Source: Candidatus Eremiobacteria bacterium
GTDB taxonomy: Bacteria > Vulcanimicrobiota > Vulcanimicrobiia > Vulcanimicrobiales > Vulcanimicrobiaceae
Length of the DNA: 64,000 nucleotides
Direction of reading: 5' to 3'
Assembly (NCBI GenBank): GCA_963758295.1
Contig: CAVWUU010000004.1
Location: forward strand, 352,001-416,000
Made by a program: the position numbers and the translations under genes. Below, piece by piece: positions 29,299-39,584 of this stretch (within the stretch, counting starts at the first letter, position 1; each line of letters opens with the position of its first letter). The notes under the pieces were generated by a model. That model ran no database searches. It was given only the letters and a program-made list of their open reading frames with translations, and was not told the origin of the DNA.

Positions 29299-30384
29299 TT
29301 AGCCGCGATAACGGAGGAATGCCGGCACTTCGATATCGTCCATGTTCACGGGCGATACGGCATCGATCTTTCCGTTTTCGAACACGGCCGTCGAGTTGTG
29401 ACCATTGATCGACGGACGGTACGTTTTCGGCGCACCGAAACCGGCCGCGAGAACCGTGACGCGTACTTTACCGCTCATGTTGGGGTCGATCGACGCGCCG
29501 AAGATAATTTGCGCGTCGGAGTCGACCGCGCGGCTGATCATTTCGGCCGCTTCGTTCACTTCGTACATTGCCATGTCCGGTCCGCCGGTGATGTTGAAGA
29601 TTACGCCGCGCGCGCCTTCGATCGTCGTCTCGAGCAGCGGCGATGCGATGGCCTTCTGTGCCGCATCGGCCGCGCGATGCTCGCCCGAACCTTCACCGAT
29701 ACCCATCATCGCGGAGCCGGCATCCGTCATAATCGTCTTCACGTCGGCGAAGTCGAGGTTGATGAGGCCCGGTTGCGTGATGAGGTCGCTAATGCCCTGA
29801 ATGCCCTGGCGCAGCACGTCGTCGGCGTACGAGAAGGCCTCGTTGAGCGGCGTGCGCTTTTCGATGACCTGCAGAATACGCTCGTTGGGAATCGTGATGA
29901 GCGTGTCGACCTTGGCCTCAAGCTCGGCGATCGCGTGCTCGGCCTGCTGCATGCGCTTGCGGCCTTCGAACGCGAAGGGCTTCGTCACCACGGCGATCGT
30001 TAATGCGCCCGAATCGCGCGCGAGTTCTGCAATTACGGGAGCCGCGCCGCTGCCGGTGCCGCCGCCCATACCGGCGGTGATAAACACGAGGTCTGCGCCG
30101 TCGAGAATCATGCCGAGATCTTCACGAGATTCTTCGGCGGCTTCGCGTCCGAGCGTCGGGTTCGCGCCGGCGCCGAGGCCGCGCGTCATGCCGTTACCGA
30201 TGTGCACGGTGTTCTCGGTGCGCGAGTTGCGCAGTGCCTGCACGTCGGAATTGACGGCGAAGAAATCAACGCCGTTCAAGCCGGCCTCGATCATGCGATT
30301 GACGGCATTGCAGCCGCCGCCGCCAACACCGATCACCTTGATCGCGGCGGTATGATCTGGTACGAAGCGTCGTGCGTCTGCCAT
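29299..30384 (-). CDS. ftsZ: Cell division protein FtsZ
   Basis: [24 protein letters not shown]-terminal IEVPAFLR. Confidence 0.98.
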   Translation of the reverse strand: MADARRFVPDHTAAIKVIGVGGGGCNAVNRMIEAGLNGVDFFAVNSDVQALRNSRTENTVHIGNGMTRGLGAGANPTLGREAAEESREDLGMILDGADLVFITAGMGGGTGSGAAPVIAELARDSGALTIAVVTKPFAFEGRKRMQQAEHAIAELEAKVDTLITIPNERILQVIEKRTPLNEAFSYADDVLRQGIQGISDLITQPGLINLDFADVKTIMTDAGSAMMGIGEGSGEHRAADAAQKAIASPLLETTIEGARGVIFNITGGPDMAMYEVNEAAEMISRAVDSDAQIIFGASIDPNMSGKVRVTVLAAGFGAPKTYRPSINGHNSTAVFENGKIDAVSPVNMDDIEVPAFLRYRG

Positions 30385-30424
30385 TTCCGTCTCCTCGAAT
30401 AATGAGAGTTGTTCGAAGTGCAAT

Positions 30425-31642
30425 CTAGTTCCAGAGATCCGCAAACCAATTGCGGACTCGGGTCAGGATATTTCCGTTGGGTCGGCGGACGCCGTTGCCC
30501 GCTTCCGTTTCACCGTTTGCGCCGAACATCACCAACCCGATCGCCGTCGCGTACTGCGGTTTAGCCATCGAATCGGTAAGGCCGCCGATCGATTGCGGCA
30601 TGCCGACCCGCGTCGGCAAACCGAAAATCTCTTCGGCGATGGGCGAGATCCCCGGCAGCAGCGAACCGCCGCCGGTCAAAACGACTTCACCGAGCACGAG
30701 ATCGCGCGGCACGTTCTCGATGATCTTCTGCTTGGACATGCGCAGCGTCTCGAGGACGCGCGGCACCACGATTTGGCGCAACTGCTGCGTGGTGACGTCT
30801 TTGGTCATGCGGCCGTCCAGCGTGCGAACGCTGAAGGTCTGCTCGCCGTTCTCCGCGATGCCGGCGCCGAATTGCTTCTTTACCTCTTCCGCTTCGGCAA
30901 GCGACGTCTTTAGGCCGAGCGAAATGTCGTTCGTAAGAATGTTGCCGCCGACCGGAATCGTGGCTGTGTAAATCGCGCTTCCGAGCGAGTGGACCGCGAT
31001 GTCGGTCGTTCCGCCGCCGATGTCCAGCAACACGACGCCGACCTGTTTCTCTTCCGTCATCAGCGTTGCTGCCGAGCTAGCCAGCGGTTCGAAGACCAGT
31101 CCCGCGGCTTCCAGTCCGGCGCGATGGACGCACTTGAGCACGTTCGTAATGAACGTCGTGCCGCCGGTGATGATGTGCGTGTCCACTTCCAGCCGGCCGC
31201 CGGCCATGCCGATCGGGTCTTCCACGCCTTCTTGTCCGTCGACGGTGAAGTAGCGCGGCAGAGCGTGAATGATCTGACGGTCTGCCGGCAGATTAATAAT
31301 TTTGCTTGCATCGATCACGCGGCGCACGTCGGCGTGAGAAACTTCGCGGTCTTCGCTTGTCGTGGCGACGACGGCGCGGTTGTTGGTGCTTCGGATGTGG
31401 TCGCCGGTGATGCCGACATAGACGTCGGCGACGTGAACGCCGGCCATACGCTCGGCCTTCTCCGTAGCGGCCTCGATAGACTTAATCGTCTCCTCGAGAT
31501 CGACGACCACGCCTTTACGCATGCCGAGCGAGGGCGCTTCCCCCACTCCGACGATCTCAAGGCCGTTGGGGCCATCGACGGCAACGACTGCACAGGTCTT
31601 GGTCGTGCCGATATCGAGCCCACAAACGGTCTCGTGCTTCAT
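30425..31642 (-). CDS. ftsA: Cell division protein FtsA
   Basis: [22 protein letters not shown]-terminal amphipathic helix. Confidence 0.97.
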   Translation of the reverse strand: MKHETVCGLDIGTTKTCAVVAVDGPNGLEIVGVGEAPSLGMRKGVVVDLEETIKSIEAATEKAERMAGVHVADVYVGITGDHIRSTNNRAVVATTSEDREVSHADVRRVIDASKIINLPADRQIIHALPRYFTVDGQEGVEDPIGMAGGRLEVDTHIITGGTTFITNVLKCVHRAGLEAAGLVFEPLASSAATLMTEEKQVGVVLLDIGGGTTDIAVHSLGSAIYTATIPVGGNILTNDISLGLKTSLAEAEEVKKQFGAGIAENGEQTFSVRTLDGRMTKDVTTQQLRQIVVPRVLETLRMSKQKIIENVPRDLVLGEVVLTGGGSLLPGISPIAEEIFGLPTRVGMPQSIGGLTDSMAKPQYATAIGLVMFGANGETEAGNGVRRPNGNILTRVRNWFADLWN

Positions 31643-31849
31643 CCGATAATCACCTATTCTCCGAACCGGCTTTAACCGCTATATATTGGGGCTGTACTCC
31701 AGAATCCCTACTATGGATAGGACCAGCCTCGTAAGCGATTCGCAAAGGTTAGCGGGCTCGGAGCGTTCTCCTTGAGGATAAGGGCTTAAGCCTCATGCAC
31801 GGGTGAAATCGCAGCTACATACTTTTAGAGCTACGCTCATCCGGAGGTT

Positions 31850-32413
31850 ATGATGATCCTGTCCAAACCCTGGCCTTATCTGGTCCTGGCGGCGCTTTTT
31901 GCCGCCCCCTTATCGATTGGAGCCCAAGTCGAATCGACGCCAATTCCATTACCTGCCAAACCCGATCTCTCCCCGATGTCGTATCTCGTCGGAACGTGGA
32001 CTTGCACGAACACCAGCTCTCGACGTCCGCGTCCGTTCACGACAACGACGACGTTTGCGATGGATCCGGACGGCTATTGGATCGATCAAACTAGCACCTC
32101 GCAAGGCGTTCCGTGGTTCCCGCATCCGACTACGACGAACGACAAAATCACGTACGATACGCAGATGAAACGCTGGGTCGACGTGAGTTACGGCACGCTC
32201 GGCGGGTACGGTTACTCCGTTTCTGCACCCGGTTCAACGCCGGCACGTATCGTTTGGCACGATATGAGCGGCACGACGGGCGATCCAACTGTCGCAACGC
32301 AAAACGACATCGTGCAGACGCAAGAAAGTCCAACGCACGTCGTTCAAAAATCGGACTTCAAAGAAACGAGCGGGCGGACCGTTTCATTTGTAACGGATTG
32401 CAAGAAACAATAA
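31850..32413 (+). CDS. Secreted hypothetical protein (beta-rich)
   Basis: Signal peptide, LVGTWTC..CKK, GGAGG RBS. Confidence 0.75.
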   Translation: MMILSKPWPYLVLAALFAAPLSIGAQVESTPIPLPAKPDLSPMSYLVGTWTCTNTSSRRPRPFTTTTTFAMDPDGYWIDQTSTSQGVPWFPHPTTTNDKITYDTQMKRWVDVSYGTLGGYGYSVSAPGSTPARIVWHDMSGTTGDPTVATQNDIVQTQESPTHVVQKSDFKETSGRTVSFVTDCKKQ

Positions 32414-32433
32414 ACTCGTTGCTGCGCAAGAAC

Positions 32434-32464
32434 GAAGGCCCGCAAAGCGAGGCCTTCTTTTTTT
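32434..32464 (+). terminator. Intrinsic terminator
   Basis: GAAGGCC/GGCCTTC stem plus seven T. Confidence 0.8.
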
Positions 32465-32505
32465 GGATCTTAGAAGCAGCCGTCGCGAAGCCTTAAACGG
32501 GCTGG

Positions 32506-33363
32506 TTAAATATCGCGTGTTTGAAAAGAAAGGGCGCATGCGGTGAGCGCAACGGCAAGCCAAGCGCAACACCACCACAGAAAGGCCGTGGCCGGCGGCC
32601 CTGCGGGAAAGAACGGGTTTGAGCTTCCGGCGTTCCCGCCCGCATTTGTCGCGATGAGGATGGCCGGCTGCATCGCAAAAGCCGCAGCGCGCCAAAGGCC
32701 GTCGGTGGGAATCAACAAACTAACGACTACGGTGGAAGTCTGAAGCGTGCCGTTGTGCAGCGCCCCTGCAATGTCCCCGATGACGCCGCTTATCCAAGCA
32801 ATGCCGAAGAGCACGACCGTCGCGAAGCCGGCCGCCAGCGCCGAAATCCGCACGCTTAACACCATCGTCAACGTGAGCAGTATGGCGCTTTCCGCAATCA
32901 GGAAGCCGACGGCGATGAATGGATGAGGTGGGAAATACCCCGTCATCGCCTTCACCGCACCGAATTCTGCAAACGCAATGAAAAACGCGTATCCGCCGAT
33001 GAGGACGAGGTTGCCAAGCCATTTTCCGGCGACAATTTCGAGACGGCGCAGCGGCCGCGGGACGATGGCCAAGAGCGTTCCGTTTTCGATTTCATTCCCC
33101 GTCGAAAGCGAGCCCAGAAACGAAGCTCCTAGAGCCAATACAAAGCTGAACATGAAGGCCATCATGACTTCGAGTTGACTCGAAGCCGTAAGGACGCTCG
33201 AGTGCGCGACCGGTTTCCCGTTCGATGTGTGAAGCGTTGCAAGCGCATGGAAGCCCCAGGCGGTGAGCGCGACAAGCGCGACACTAACGATGATGAGCGT
33301 CAGCACCAGCTTTCGCCTCGACGATTCACGAATCGTGAGCGATGCTATCAATAGCACGTTCAT
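32506..33363 (-). CDS. ABC-2 type permease
   Basis: EIENGTL..PRPLRR..GKWLG and several TM helices. Confidence 0.88.
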   Translation of the reverse strand: MNVLLIASLTIRESSRRKLVLTLIIVSVALVALTAWGFHALATLHTSNGKPVAHSSVLTASSQLEVMMAFMFSFVLALGASFLGSLSTGNEIENGTLLAIVPRPLRRLEIVAGKWLGNLVLIGGYAFFIAFAEFGAVKAMTGYFPPHPFIAVGFLIAESAILLTLTMVLSVRISALAAGFATVVLFGIAWISGVIGDIAGALHNGTLQTSTVVVSLLIPTDGLWRAAAFAMQPAILIATNAGGNAGSSNPFFPAGPPATAFLWWCCAWLAVALTACALSFQTRDI

Positions 33364-34219
33364 GAACGTTGTTACTCCCGACAATTTCAAGAAACCGCTC
33401 TTCGAGCGTCTGGCGAAGTGGAATGACGGAAACAATCTGCGCTCCGCGGGCAACATAACTAGCGACTATCTCCGGAATCCGCAGCGCCGGTACGTCTTCC
33501 ACGAGCACTGACTCGCCGTTGGCAAACGATATCCGAACGCCCGGTTTGCCGAGCAACTCGTCGAGCTTTCCCATTGCGCGGATTCGTCCATCGAGAATCA
33601 CGGCGATCGAGTCGCTTACCGATTCGACTTCCGTGAGCAGGTGGGAATTCAAGAAAACCGTCGTGCCACGCGCCTTGAGCTCTGCCAGCAATGCGCGCAC
33701 GTCGGCACGGCCTACGGGATCGAGCGCGGATGTCGGCTCGTCCAACACGATGAGTTCCGGCGATCCTAAAACGGCTACGCCGAGCCCCAATCGCTGCTGC
33801 ATGCCTTTCGAGAACGCGGCGATCCGTTCGCGAGCACGCCCCGCTAATCCGACGCGCGATAAAACATCGTCGATTTCGCGACTCCGCGAGCGACGCGGAA
33901 TGCGTAGCACTGCCGCATGCCATCGTAGGATCTCTTCGGCCGTGAGCCATTCCTGATAGCGAAAGAGTTCCGGCAAATAGCCGGTCCGCTTTCGCGCGTC
34001 AAGCGATCCCAGACGCTCGCCTAAGATCGCCGCGTCCCCGGCACTTGGATACACGAGGCCGAGCAGCATCTTTACGGCCGTCGTTTTGCCCGCACCGTTT
34101 GGGCCGAGGAAACCAAAGACCTCGCCACGCGCGACGCGCATGGTGAGGTCGTTCACCGCGCAACGGTCCCCGTAAAATTTTGTGAACCCGCGCGTTTCGA
34201 TGGCGTAGCTTGCGCTCAC
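33326..34219 (-). CDS. ABC transporter ATP-binding protein
   Basis: GPNGAGKTT, FSKGM, LDEP, SH. Confidence 0.95.
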   Translation of the reverse strand: MSASYAIETRGFTKFYGDRCAVNDLTMRVARGEVFGFLGPNGAGKTTAVKMLLGLVYPSAGDAAILGERLGSLDARKRTGYLPELFRYQEWLTAEEILRWHAAVLRIPRRSRSREIDDVLSRVGLAGRARERIAAFSKGMQQRLGLGVAVLGSPELIVLDEPTSALDPVGRADVRALLAELKARGTTVFLNSHLLTEVESVSDSIAVILDGRIRAMGKLDELLGKPGVRISFANGESVLVEDVPALRIPEIVASYVARGAQIVSVIPLRQTLEERFLEIVGSNNVHERAIDSIAHDS

Positions 34220-35355
34220 GGTTTCAGGGAATCGGCGACTCGCATGATCTCGTCGGCCGTAAATGCGCCGGCGACTGAATAGATTATGTTATGGCTCTGC
34301 CACACCACGATGCTCCCGATGCCCGTGTTGTCCCCGATCAACAAGCCTTGGGCACCCTGGATGTTTACGGCGCGCGCCGTTTCTTTCGAAACTACGATCG
34401 GGACGGGCAACGTTGAGGACGGGTCTGAAATGGCGCGGATCTGCGCCTTCACGTTCTCCGGAACCTCGGGTAACGACAAGAGGTACGACTCGATTTGTGC
34501 CGGGTTTCCCGTAGTCGAACGAACGGCCGGGACAGGCGCTTGCGCGATGACGATGGTGTTCTCCGGCAGGTGATGGTCGCGACGAACTCTCGAAACGGCG
34601 GTTTTGTCCGGAACTTCCCCGTACGACTGGACGATGACGGGACCGACGGTGGCCGTTAACGTGGCGCCGTCGATCTGCGGCGGAACCGGCGGTAGCTTTG
34701 CGTGTGCGCGTGCCGCGGCGGCAGCCGCCTTTCGGCGATCGAAGGTGAAACTCACGCGGTTTTGCTGCGAAACCCGGTACGTTGGCGCGGTTGGGACCTT
34801 CGCCGGCAAGTATGCCGGACGCAGAACCGTCTGATGCGCGGCATTCACCGCCGAATCCCACGACTTAAACGTGCTTACGCCGCGGTCGCGCGTAGCCCGC
34901 ACCGTTCCGAATTCCCGCAGTTCCGGAATCGTGCGCATTCGATCCAGGTCCGCCTGCGATACCGAAATCGGCGTGAAGTGGCGCGGCTCGAAAATCGTGA
35001 GAAAATTGGCCGCGTGTGCCCGGAACGGCGCGTACGACAAGAGGCCGGCGATTACGAGAGCGGCTGCAGCAGCCACCGCCCATTGCGGCATCCGCGAGCG
35101 TCGCCCGGCCTTCGTTTCGGTACTCCGCCCGCGATTCGAGGTTACGGCGCGTTGCAATATGCGTTCGCGCGCGCCTCGCATATCGACGGACCGGCTGTCG
35201 GCAAGCGCGCGTCCGGCGCAGACGGCATTGGCGCTCAGTTCTTCCAAGCGTGCGCGGCAACGGCCGCAATTCAACAAATGTTCTTTCTCGTACGAAAGCA
35301 ACGCGTCGGGATTATCGACGTAGTCACGGAGAACGGCATCAGCGAGATGAGACAC
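34216..35355 (-). CDS. Zinc-binding anti-sigma factor with extracytoplasmic domain
   Basis: HLLNCGRC (HxxxCxxC), single TM, directly downstream of an ECF sigma. Confidence 0.85.
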   Translation of the reverse strand: MSHLADAVLRDYVDNPDALLSYEKEHLLNCGRCRARLEELSANAVCAGRALADSRSVDMRGARERILQRAVTSNRGRSTETKAGRRSRMPQWAVAAAAALVIAGLLSYAPFRAHAANFLTIFEPRHFTPISVSQADLDRMRTIPELREFGTVRATRDRGVSTFKSWDSAVNAAHQTVLRPAYLPAKVPTAPTYRVSQQNRVSFTFDRRKAAAAAARAHAKLPPVPPQIDGATLTATVGPVIVQSYGEVPDKTAVSRVRRDHHLPENTIVIAQAPVPAVRSTTGNPAQIESYLLSLPEVPENVKAQIRAISDPSSTLPVPIVVSKETARAVNIQGAQGLLIGDNTGIGSIVVWQSHNIIYSVAGAFTADEIMRVADSLKP

Positions 35356-35839
35356 GGCTAAGCTCCTTTTTGAACGCCGCTTCAGCACGAACGAGCGTTA
35401 TGCCGACGCGCTCCACCGGAACGTCCAATATTTGAGAGATCTCTTTATAGGGAAGGCCGTTGTGCCGCAAACACAAAACCGCCGCGTACTGCGGGTTCAG
35501 GCGGCGTAACGCGCGCTGCACCAACTCCACGTCTTCGCTTCGCTCCGCCGCCTCATCCGGACGTAGAGGTTCTTGGGCGAGGGAGAAGCTGCGTTCACGC
35601 CGGCTTCTATTGCGGTCGCGCTTAACTAAGTCTAGCGCTCGATGAACGGCGACGCGGTAGAGCCAGTGCCGCGCACGATCGGGATCCGACACGCCGGCGG
35701 AAAACAAAGCGGCGAAAGTCTCTTGGGCGACGTCGTCGGCGGCAGCGGGTCCGACGATGCGGCGCGCCACGGAGAGCACCCCCCGGTACTCTTTGGAAAA
35801 CAGCGTCTCGAAAAGCGGCTGCTCGATAGACTGTTGCAT
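35339..35839 (-). CDS. ECF sigma factor
   Basis: ADDVAQETF, WLYRVA, region 4 HTH. Confidence 0.9.
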   Translation of the reverse strand: MQQSIEQPLFETLFSKEYRGVLSVARRIVGPAAADDVAQETFAALFSAGVSDPDRARHWLYRVAVHRALDLVKRDRNRSRRERSFSLAQEPLRPDEAAERSEDVELVQRALRRLNPQYAAVLCLRHNGLPYKEISQILDVPVERVGITLVRAEAAFKKELSRVSSR

Positions 35840-35849
35840 TCTATCGAGT

Positions 35850-35878
35850 GATACGACGCGCCCCCGTGATTTATTACA
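35850..35878 (-). promoter_or_regulatory. Putative autoregulatory ECF promoter TGTAAT-N17-CGTATC
   Basis: Ends 10 nt before the sigma ATG; no SD sequence. Confidence 0.55.
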
Positions 35879-36083
35879 CCCGCCCGCGGCCGATTTCCAA
35901 CTTTTGACCGGCCCGAAGAGAAATGGACCTCGCCATGCGCTCCAGCGTCCTTGCGCGCCCATTGGCTTCAATCCATGAGACGACGCCCAAGCGCATCACT
36001 GACAACGACACGAAGCTAAATAAGTGCTGCTATCCCAAAACGGCGCACATTGCGCGATCGTCGCTCCGAGGAATTGAACGGCG

Positions 36084-36545
36084 TTACGGTTGTTGCGGCG
36101 GCGGGCTCGGCCGATGCCCGTTGAGCATCAGCAAGAACCGCCCCGCGTCGGGAGCGCGGCGCTGAGCTGCGCCCGGAGGTCCACCCGGTCCACCGGGGCC
36201 GCCGTCGTTATTGCGCGCAGCCATCGCGGCGTGCATCGCGTCGCGCATCTTTTGCATTTGTCCGAGAACGGCTTGTTGTTCTTGCGGCGTTAGAATGCGG
36301 TCGATCTGCTTCGACGCATCTTCGCGCGAGAGCGATCCGTTCTCGACCTGCGACACGATCGCTTGAACTTTGGCGCGATGATCCGCGCTGAGCGCGTTCA
36401 TGGCATTGTTCTTAGCGTCGGTGCGCGCTTGTTCCATTTGTGCGCGAACTTCCGGAGGCGGACCGTCGCCCGGGAACTGTTGGGCCGGCGCCGCGACCGG
36501 CAGCGCAAAGAGCGCTAGAGCTAAAGCGGGGAGCAGTTTCTTCAT
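36084..36545 (-). CDS. Secreted Spy/CpxP-like helical protein
   Basis: Signal peptide, ILTPQEQ (LTxxQ-like), Met/Gln-rich, downstream of a TCS. Confidence 0.6.
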   Translation of the reverse strand: MKKLLPALALALFALPVAAPAQQFPGDGPPPEVRAQMEQARTDAKNNAMNALSADHRAKVQAIVSQVENGSLSREDASKQIDRILTPQEQQAVLGQMQKMRDAMHAAMAARNNDGGPGGPGGPPGAAQRRAPDAGRFLLMLNGHRPSPPPQQP

Positions 36546-36546
36546 G

Positions 36547-37986
36547 CTACGATGCTAAGCTAGGGGTCTGGGGAAGTGTTGGGACTGCCGGCAAGGCGAT
36601 GATGCATCGCAAGCCGCCCCCATCGCGGTTTTCTACGGTAATTCGTCCGCCGGCGCGTTCGACGCTGCGCCGAACGATAGCAAGCCCCAGACCCGTTCCC
36701 ACCGTGCCGTGACTCGTTTCACCGCGATAGAAGCGATCGAAGACCCGCGTGCGATCGTTTTCGCTTAGGCCCGGACCGTTGTCTTCGACGATGATTTGCG
36801 CATCGTTATCGCGAGTTTGCACGCGCACCGCTACGTTGCTTCCCGGCGCGTACTTCAGCGCGTTATCAACGAGCGCAGATACCGCGCTGAAGAGTTCCGT
36901 TTCGGCTCCCAGCACGTACACGTCGTCAGGCGCATCAACGAAGGTCATCCGACCGGAACCAAGACCCTTGAACGAGGCGACGACGCTCGAAATGAGCGCG
37001 TTGAGTTCCAGGGCCGACGTTTGCTCGGTTTTGGCGTGTTCCAGCCTCGCAAGCACGATCAGGTCGTCGATGAGGGCTTTCATACGCCGGCTTTCATCCA
37101 GCATCCGATGCACGGTGGCGGGATCGACCGGCCGGCCGTCGCGCGATGCGAGCGCGCTCAAATGGCCCATTACGACGGTAAGCGGCGTGCGAAGCTGATG
37201 CCCGGCATCCGCGACGAATTGGCGCATCTCTGCTTCGGCCTTCGAACGCTCGTCGAAAGCAAACGTAATCTGCTCGACGGCCCCGTTATACGCTCGCGCG
37301 AGCTGTCCGAGTTCGCTTCGATCGTCCGTGTCCACGGACTGCGGCGTAAAATCGCCGCCGGCAAACCGTTGCAACGCATGCGTCGTGCGCAGAAGCGGCG
37401 CAAGCGCATGCGCGGCGATTACTTCGGCAATGCGCCATGCAACAAAGAGCACGATGGCAATAAAAATGCCCGATGCAAGTGCAAAACGCGAAACGAAGAG
37501 ATTGATGCGATCCGGATCGACGAAAAGAAAGAAGTCGAGGTTCTTGGCACGCACGTGCTCCGGCCGGACATTTAGCTCCAAGAGTCCCGCGATCGGCGAA
37601 AGCTTGAAGTTTCGGTCCCCGAAGAACGGACCACCGCCGCGCGGCGGAGGCGGCGCGCCCGGGCCGCGCTTCATCATTGCGGGGTTCGGAAAAACGTGCG
37701 CCCTTACGGCGATACCCATCTCCGAGTAGCGGCGTTGCAACGTCGCTTGCAGATTCGCGGGGTCGTTTGAACCCGCCGCGCCGGAATTGACCGACGACTC
37801 GATCTGGCGCCCGGCGTAGGCGAGCATCTGGCGCGCGTTTGCGGAGTAGACTTGCACCAGCACGACCGCGGCTAACGCCACGAACGCGAGCGCGACGACG
37901 CCGGCGATGCAAACGTACCAGGTGATTAAGCGCGCGCGAAACGAGTTGGCAAACACGTTAGTCTGCGCGAAGCGAGTATCCCACAC
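36547..37986 (-). CDS. HAMP sensor histidine kinase; start uncertain
   Basis: DAGHQLRTP H-box, NALKY, DNGPG, GTGLGL. Confidence 0.93.
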   Translation of the reverse strand: MWDTRFAQTNVFANSFRARLITWYVCIAGVVALAFVALAAVVLVQVYSANARQMLAYAGRQIESSVNSGAAGSNDPANLQATLQRRYSEMGIAVRAHVFPNPAMMKRGPGAPPPPRGGGPFFGDRNFKLSPIAGLLELNVRPEHVRAKNLDFFLFVDPDRINLFVSRFALASGIFIAIVLFVAWRIAEVIAAHALAPLLRTTHALQRFAGGDFTPQSVDTDDRSELGQLARAYNGAVEQITFAFDERSKAEAEMRQFVADAGHQLRTPLTVVMGHLSALASRDGRPVDPATVHRMLDESRRMKALIDDLIVLARLEHAKTEQTSALELNALISSVVASFKGLGSGRMTFVDAPDDVYVLGAETELFSAVSALVDNALKYAPGSNVAVRVQTRDNDAQIIVEDNGPGLSENDRTRVFDRFYRGETSHGTVGTGLGLAIVRRSVERAGGRITVENRDGGGLRCIIALPAVPTLPQTPSLAS

Positions 37987-38641
37987 CGCGCACGGTGTGA
38001 ATCAGGGGATTTTTGTAGGGAGCGTCGACCTTGGAACGCAGATAAGAAATGTACGTTTCAACGGCATTTCCCGAGACTGCAACTTCCGAGCCCCAAACGA
38101 AGTCCATAAGTTGCTCGCGCGTGAAGACGCGGCGCGGCTGTCGTACCATGGTTACGAGCAAATCGAATTCGCGACGCGTTAGGGCAATAGGCTTGCCTTC
38201 ACGCGTAACGGTGTAGGAACGCAAATCGACGACCAGGTCCTGGTACGCGAGCGTTTCTCCATCGTCAAGCGCGGGCCGGCGCATCGCAGAACGAATGCGG
38301 GCGATCAATTCCGGCATCTCGAACGGCTTCGCGATGTATTGGTCGGCGCCGCGTTCGAGACCAAGCACTTTATCTTCGGTGCCGCCCTTCGCGCTCAAAA
38401 TGAAAATTGGCGCCTGCGTCAAGGCGCGATAGCGCGGGATGATCGAAATGCCGTCGACTTTTGGCATCATCACATCGAGCAGGATTAGGTCCGGCTCCCA
38501 TTCACGAATGACGGCAAGGCCCTCCAGCGCGTCGTTCGCTGAACGGACGTCGAAGCCGGCGTCACGTAATTCGGACTCAAGCAAGGCTCGAATGCCGGGC
38601 TCGTCGTCCACAACTGTAATGCGAGGTAACGTACCGTTCAT
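37958..38641 (-). CDS. OmpR/MprA-like response regulator
   Basis: VVDD, LDVMMP, KPF, HTVRGVGY. Confidence 0.95.
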   Translation of the reverse strand: MNGTLPRITVVDDEPGIRALLESELRDAGFDVRSANDALEGLAVIREWEPDLILLDVMMPKVDGISIIPRYRALTQAPIFILSAKGGTEDKVLGLERGADQYIAKPFEMPELIARIRSAMRRPALDDGETLAYQDLVVDLRSYTVTREGKPIALTRREFDLLVTMVRQPRRVFTREQLMDFVWGSEVAVSGNAVETYISYLRSKVDAPYKNPLIHTVRGVGYSLRAD

Positions 38642-38803
38642 TGGAGCACCCTAGCGAGCCACACTGAGAAGTGCTTGGGAATGCCGGCTGAGAAGCTCTA
38701 CCGGGCGGATATCGGCGGCTCGCTTGCCGCCTTCAGGGCAGGCTTCGACGCACAGATTCAATCCGCTGTTTTCAACGGATCCCCGGAACTCGCTGCGCGT
38801 ACG

Positions 38804-39109
38804 CTACTCCGAGCGCTCTAAGGAATCGCGTTTGGCGCGCCGCTGAATCGCAAGCGCCACTTCTTCATCCGTACCATTAAGGCGCATGCCGGCGGCACGT
38901 GCCGAGCGCACGAATTCCACGATTTGTTCGATGGGAGCATTGCCCATTGCCGAGAGCGCCGCAGGGACGGCCGACCTCAACCGTTCTTCGGCGGGCCGTT
39001 CGGATTTAGGATCGGTCAAGGACGACGCAAGATGCACCAAGTCGACGAAAGCATCGCTGTCACTCATAGGTTCGGTTGATTCTACCCGTTCTCTTGAAGC
39101 GTTGGACAT
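38804..39109 (-). CDS. Hypothetical protein
   Basis: 101-aa ORF in operon orientation. Confidence 0.5.
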   Translation of the reverse strand: MSNASRERVESTEPMSDSDAFVDLVHLASSLTDPKSERPAEERLRSAVPAALSAMGNAPIEQIVEFVRSARAAGMRLNGTDEEVALAIQRRAKRDSLERSE

Positions 39110-39584
39110 GGCTTAGAATAAACCGTCCGAACTCCACGCTCAAGAACGCCACGTTGTCGACGGTCAATTCGTGTGCGCCCGTGGAATCCAATGCAGCGGT
39201 TACGTCGCGTGCCTGCTCCTCGGAAACTCCCGATGCGAAGGTTACGTGAGGCAACCATTGCGCCGTTGCATAGCGCTCGTCCACGTGGTGCGCGTATGGC
39301 GCAAGAGCACCGACGATGCGATCGTGCATCTCCCGAAGCGCCGGATCTTCCCGCAGAAGTCCGACCACGGCAAACCGGTCGGTCGCAAAGACGTGAGCGC
39401 GAAGGACGCGTGCTTCGAACGGCTCGCATTCGGCAGCGATTCCGTCCAGCACGTCCGCTGCTTCAGCCCAATCGTATGCCGCCGCTACATGCCAGGTGAT
39501 GTGAAGGGGTGGCAACCGCGCGCCTTCGGGAACCCTAATGTCGTCGAAAAGGCCGTTTTCGAGGATGGTGGCCGTAGCGATCAC
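39060..39584 (-). CDS. 2H phosphoesterase (2'-5' RNA ligase superfamily)
   Basis: Two HxT motifs, LHIT and PHVT. Confidence 0.75.
   Translation of the reverse strand: MIATATILENGLFDDIRVPEGARLPPLHITWHVAAAYDWAEAADVLDGIAAECEPFEARVLRAHVFATDRFAVVGLLREDPALREMHDRIVGALAPYAHHVDERYATAQWLPHVTFASGVSEEQARDVTAALDSTGAHELTVDNVAFLSVEFGRFILSHVQRFKRTGRINRTYE

Noticed and set aside
35876..36050. Possible small membrane ORF between the Spy-like gene and the ECF sigma
   Set aside because: It needs an assumed frameshift and has no recognisable motif
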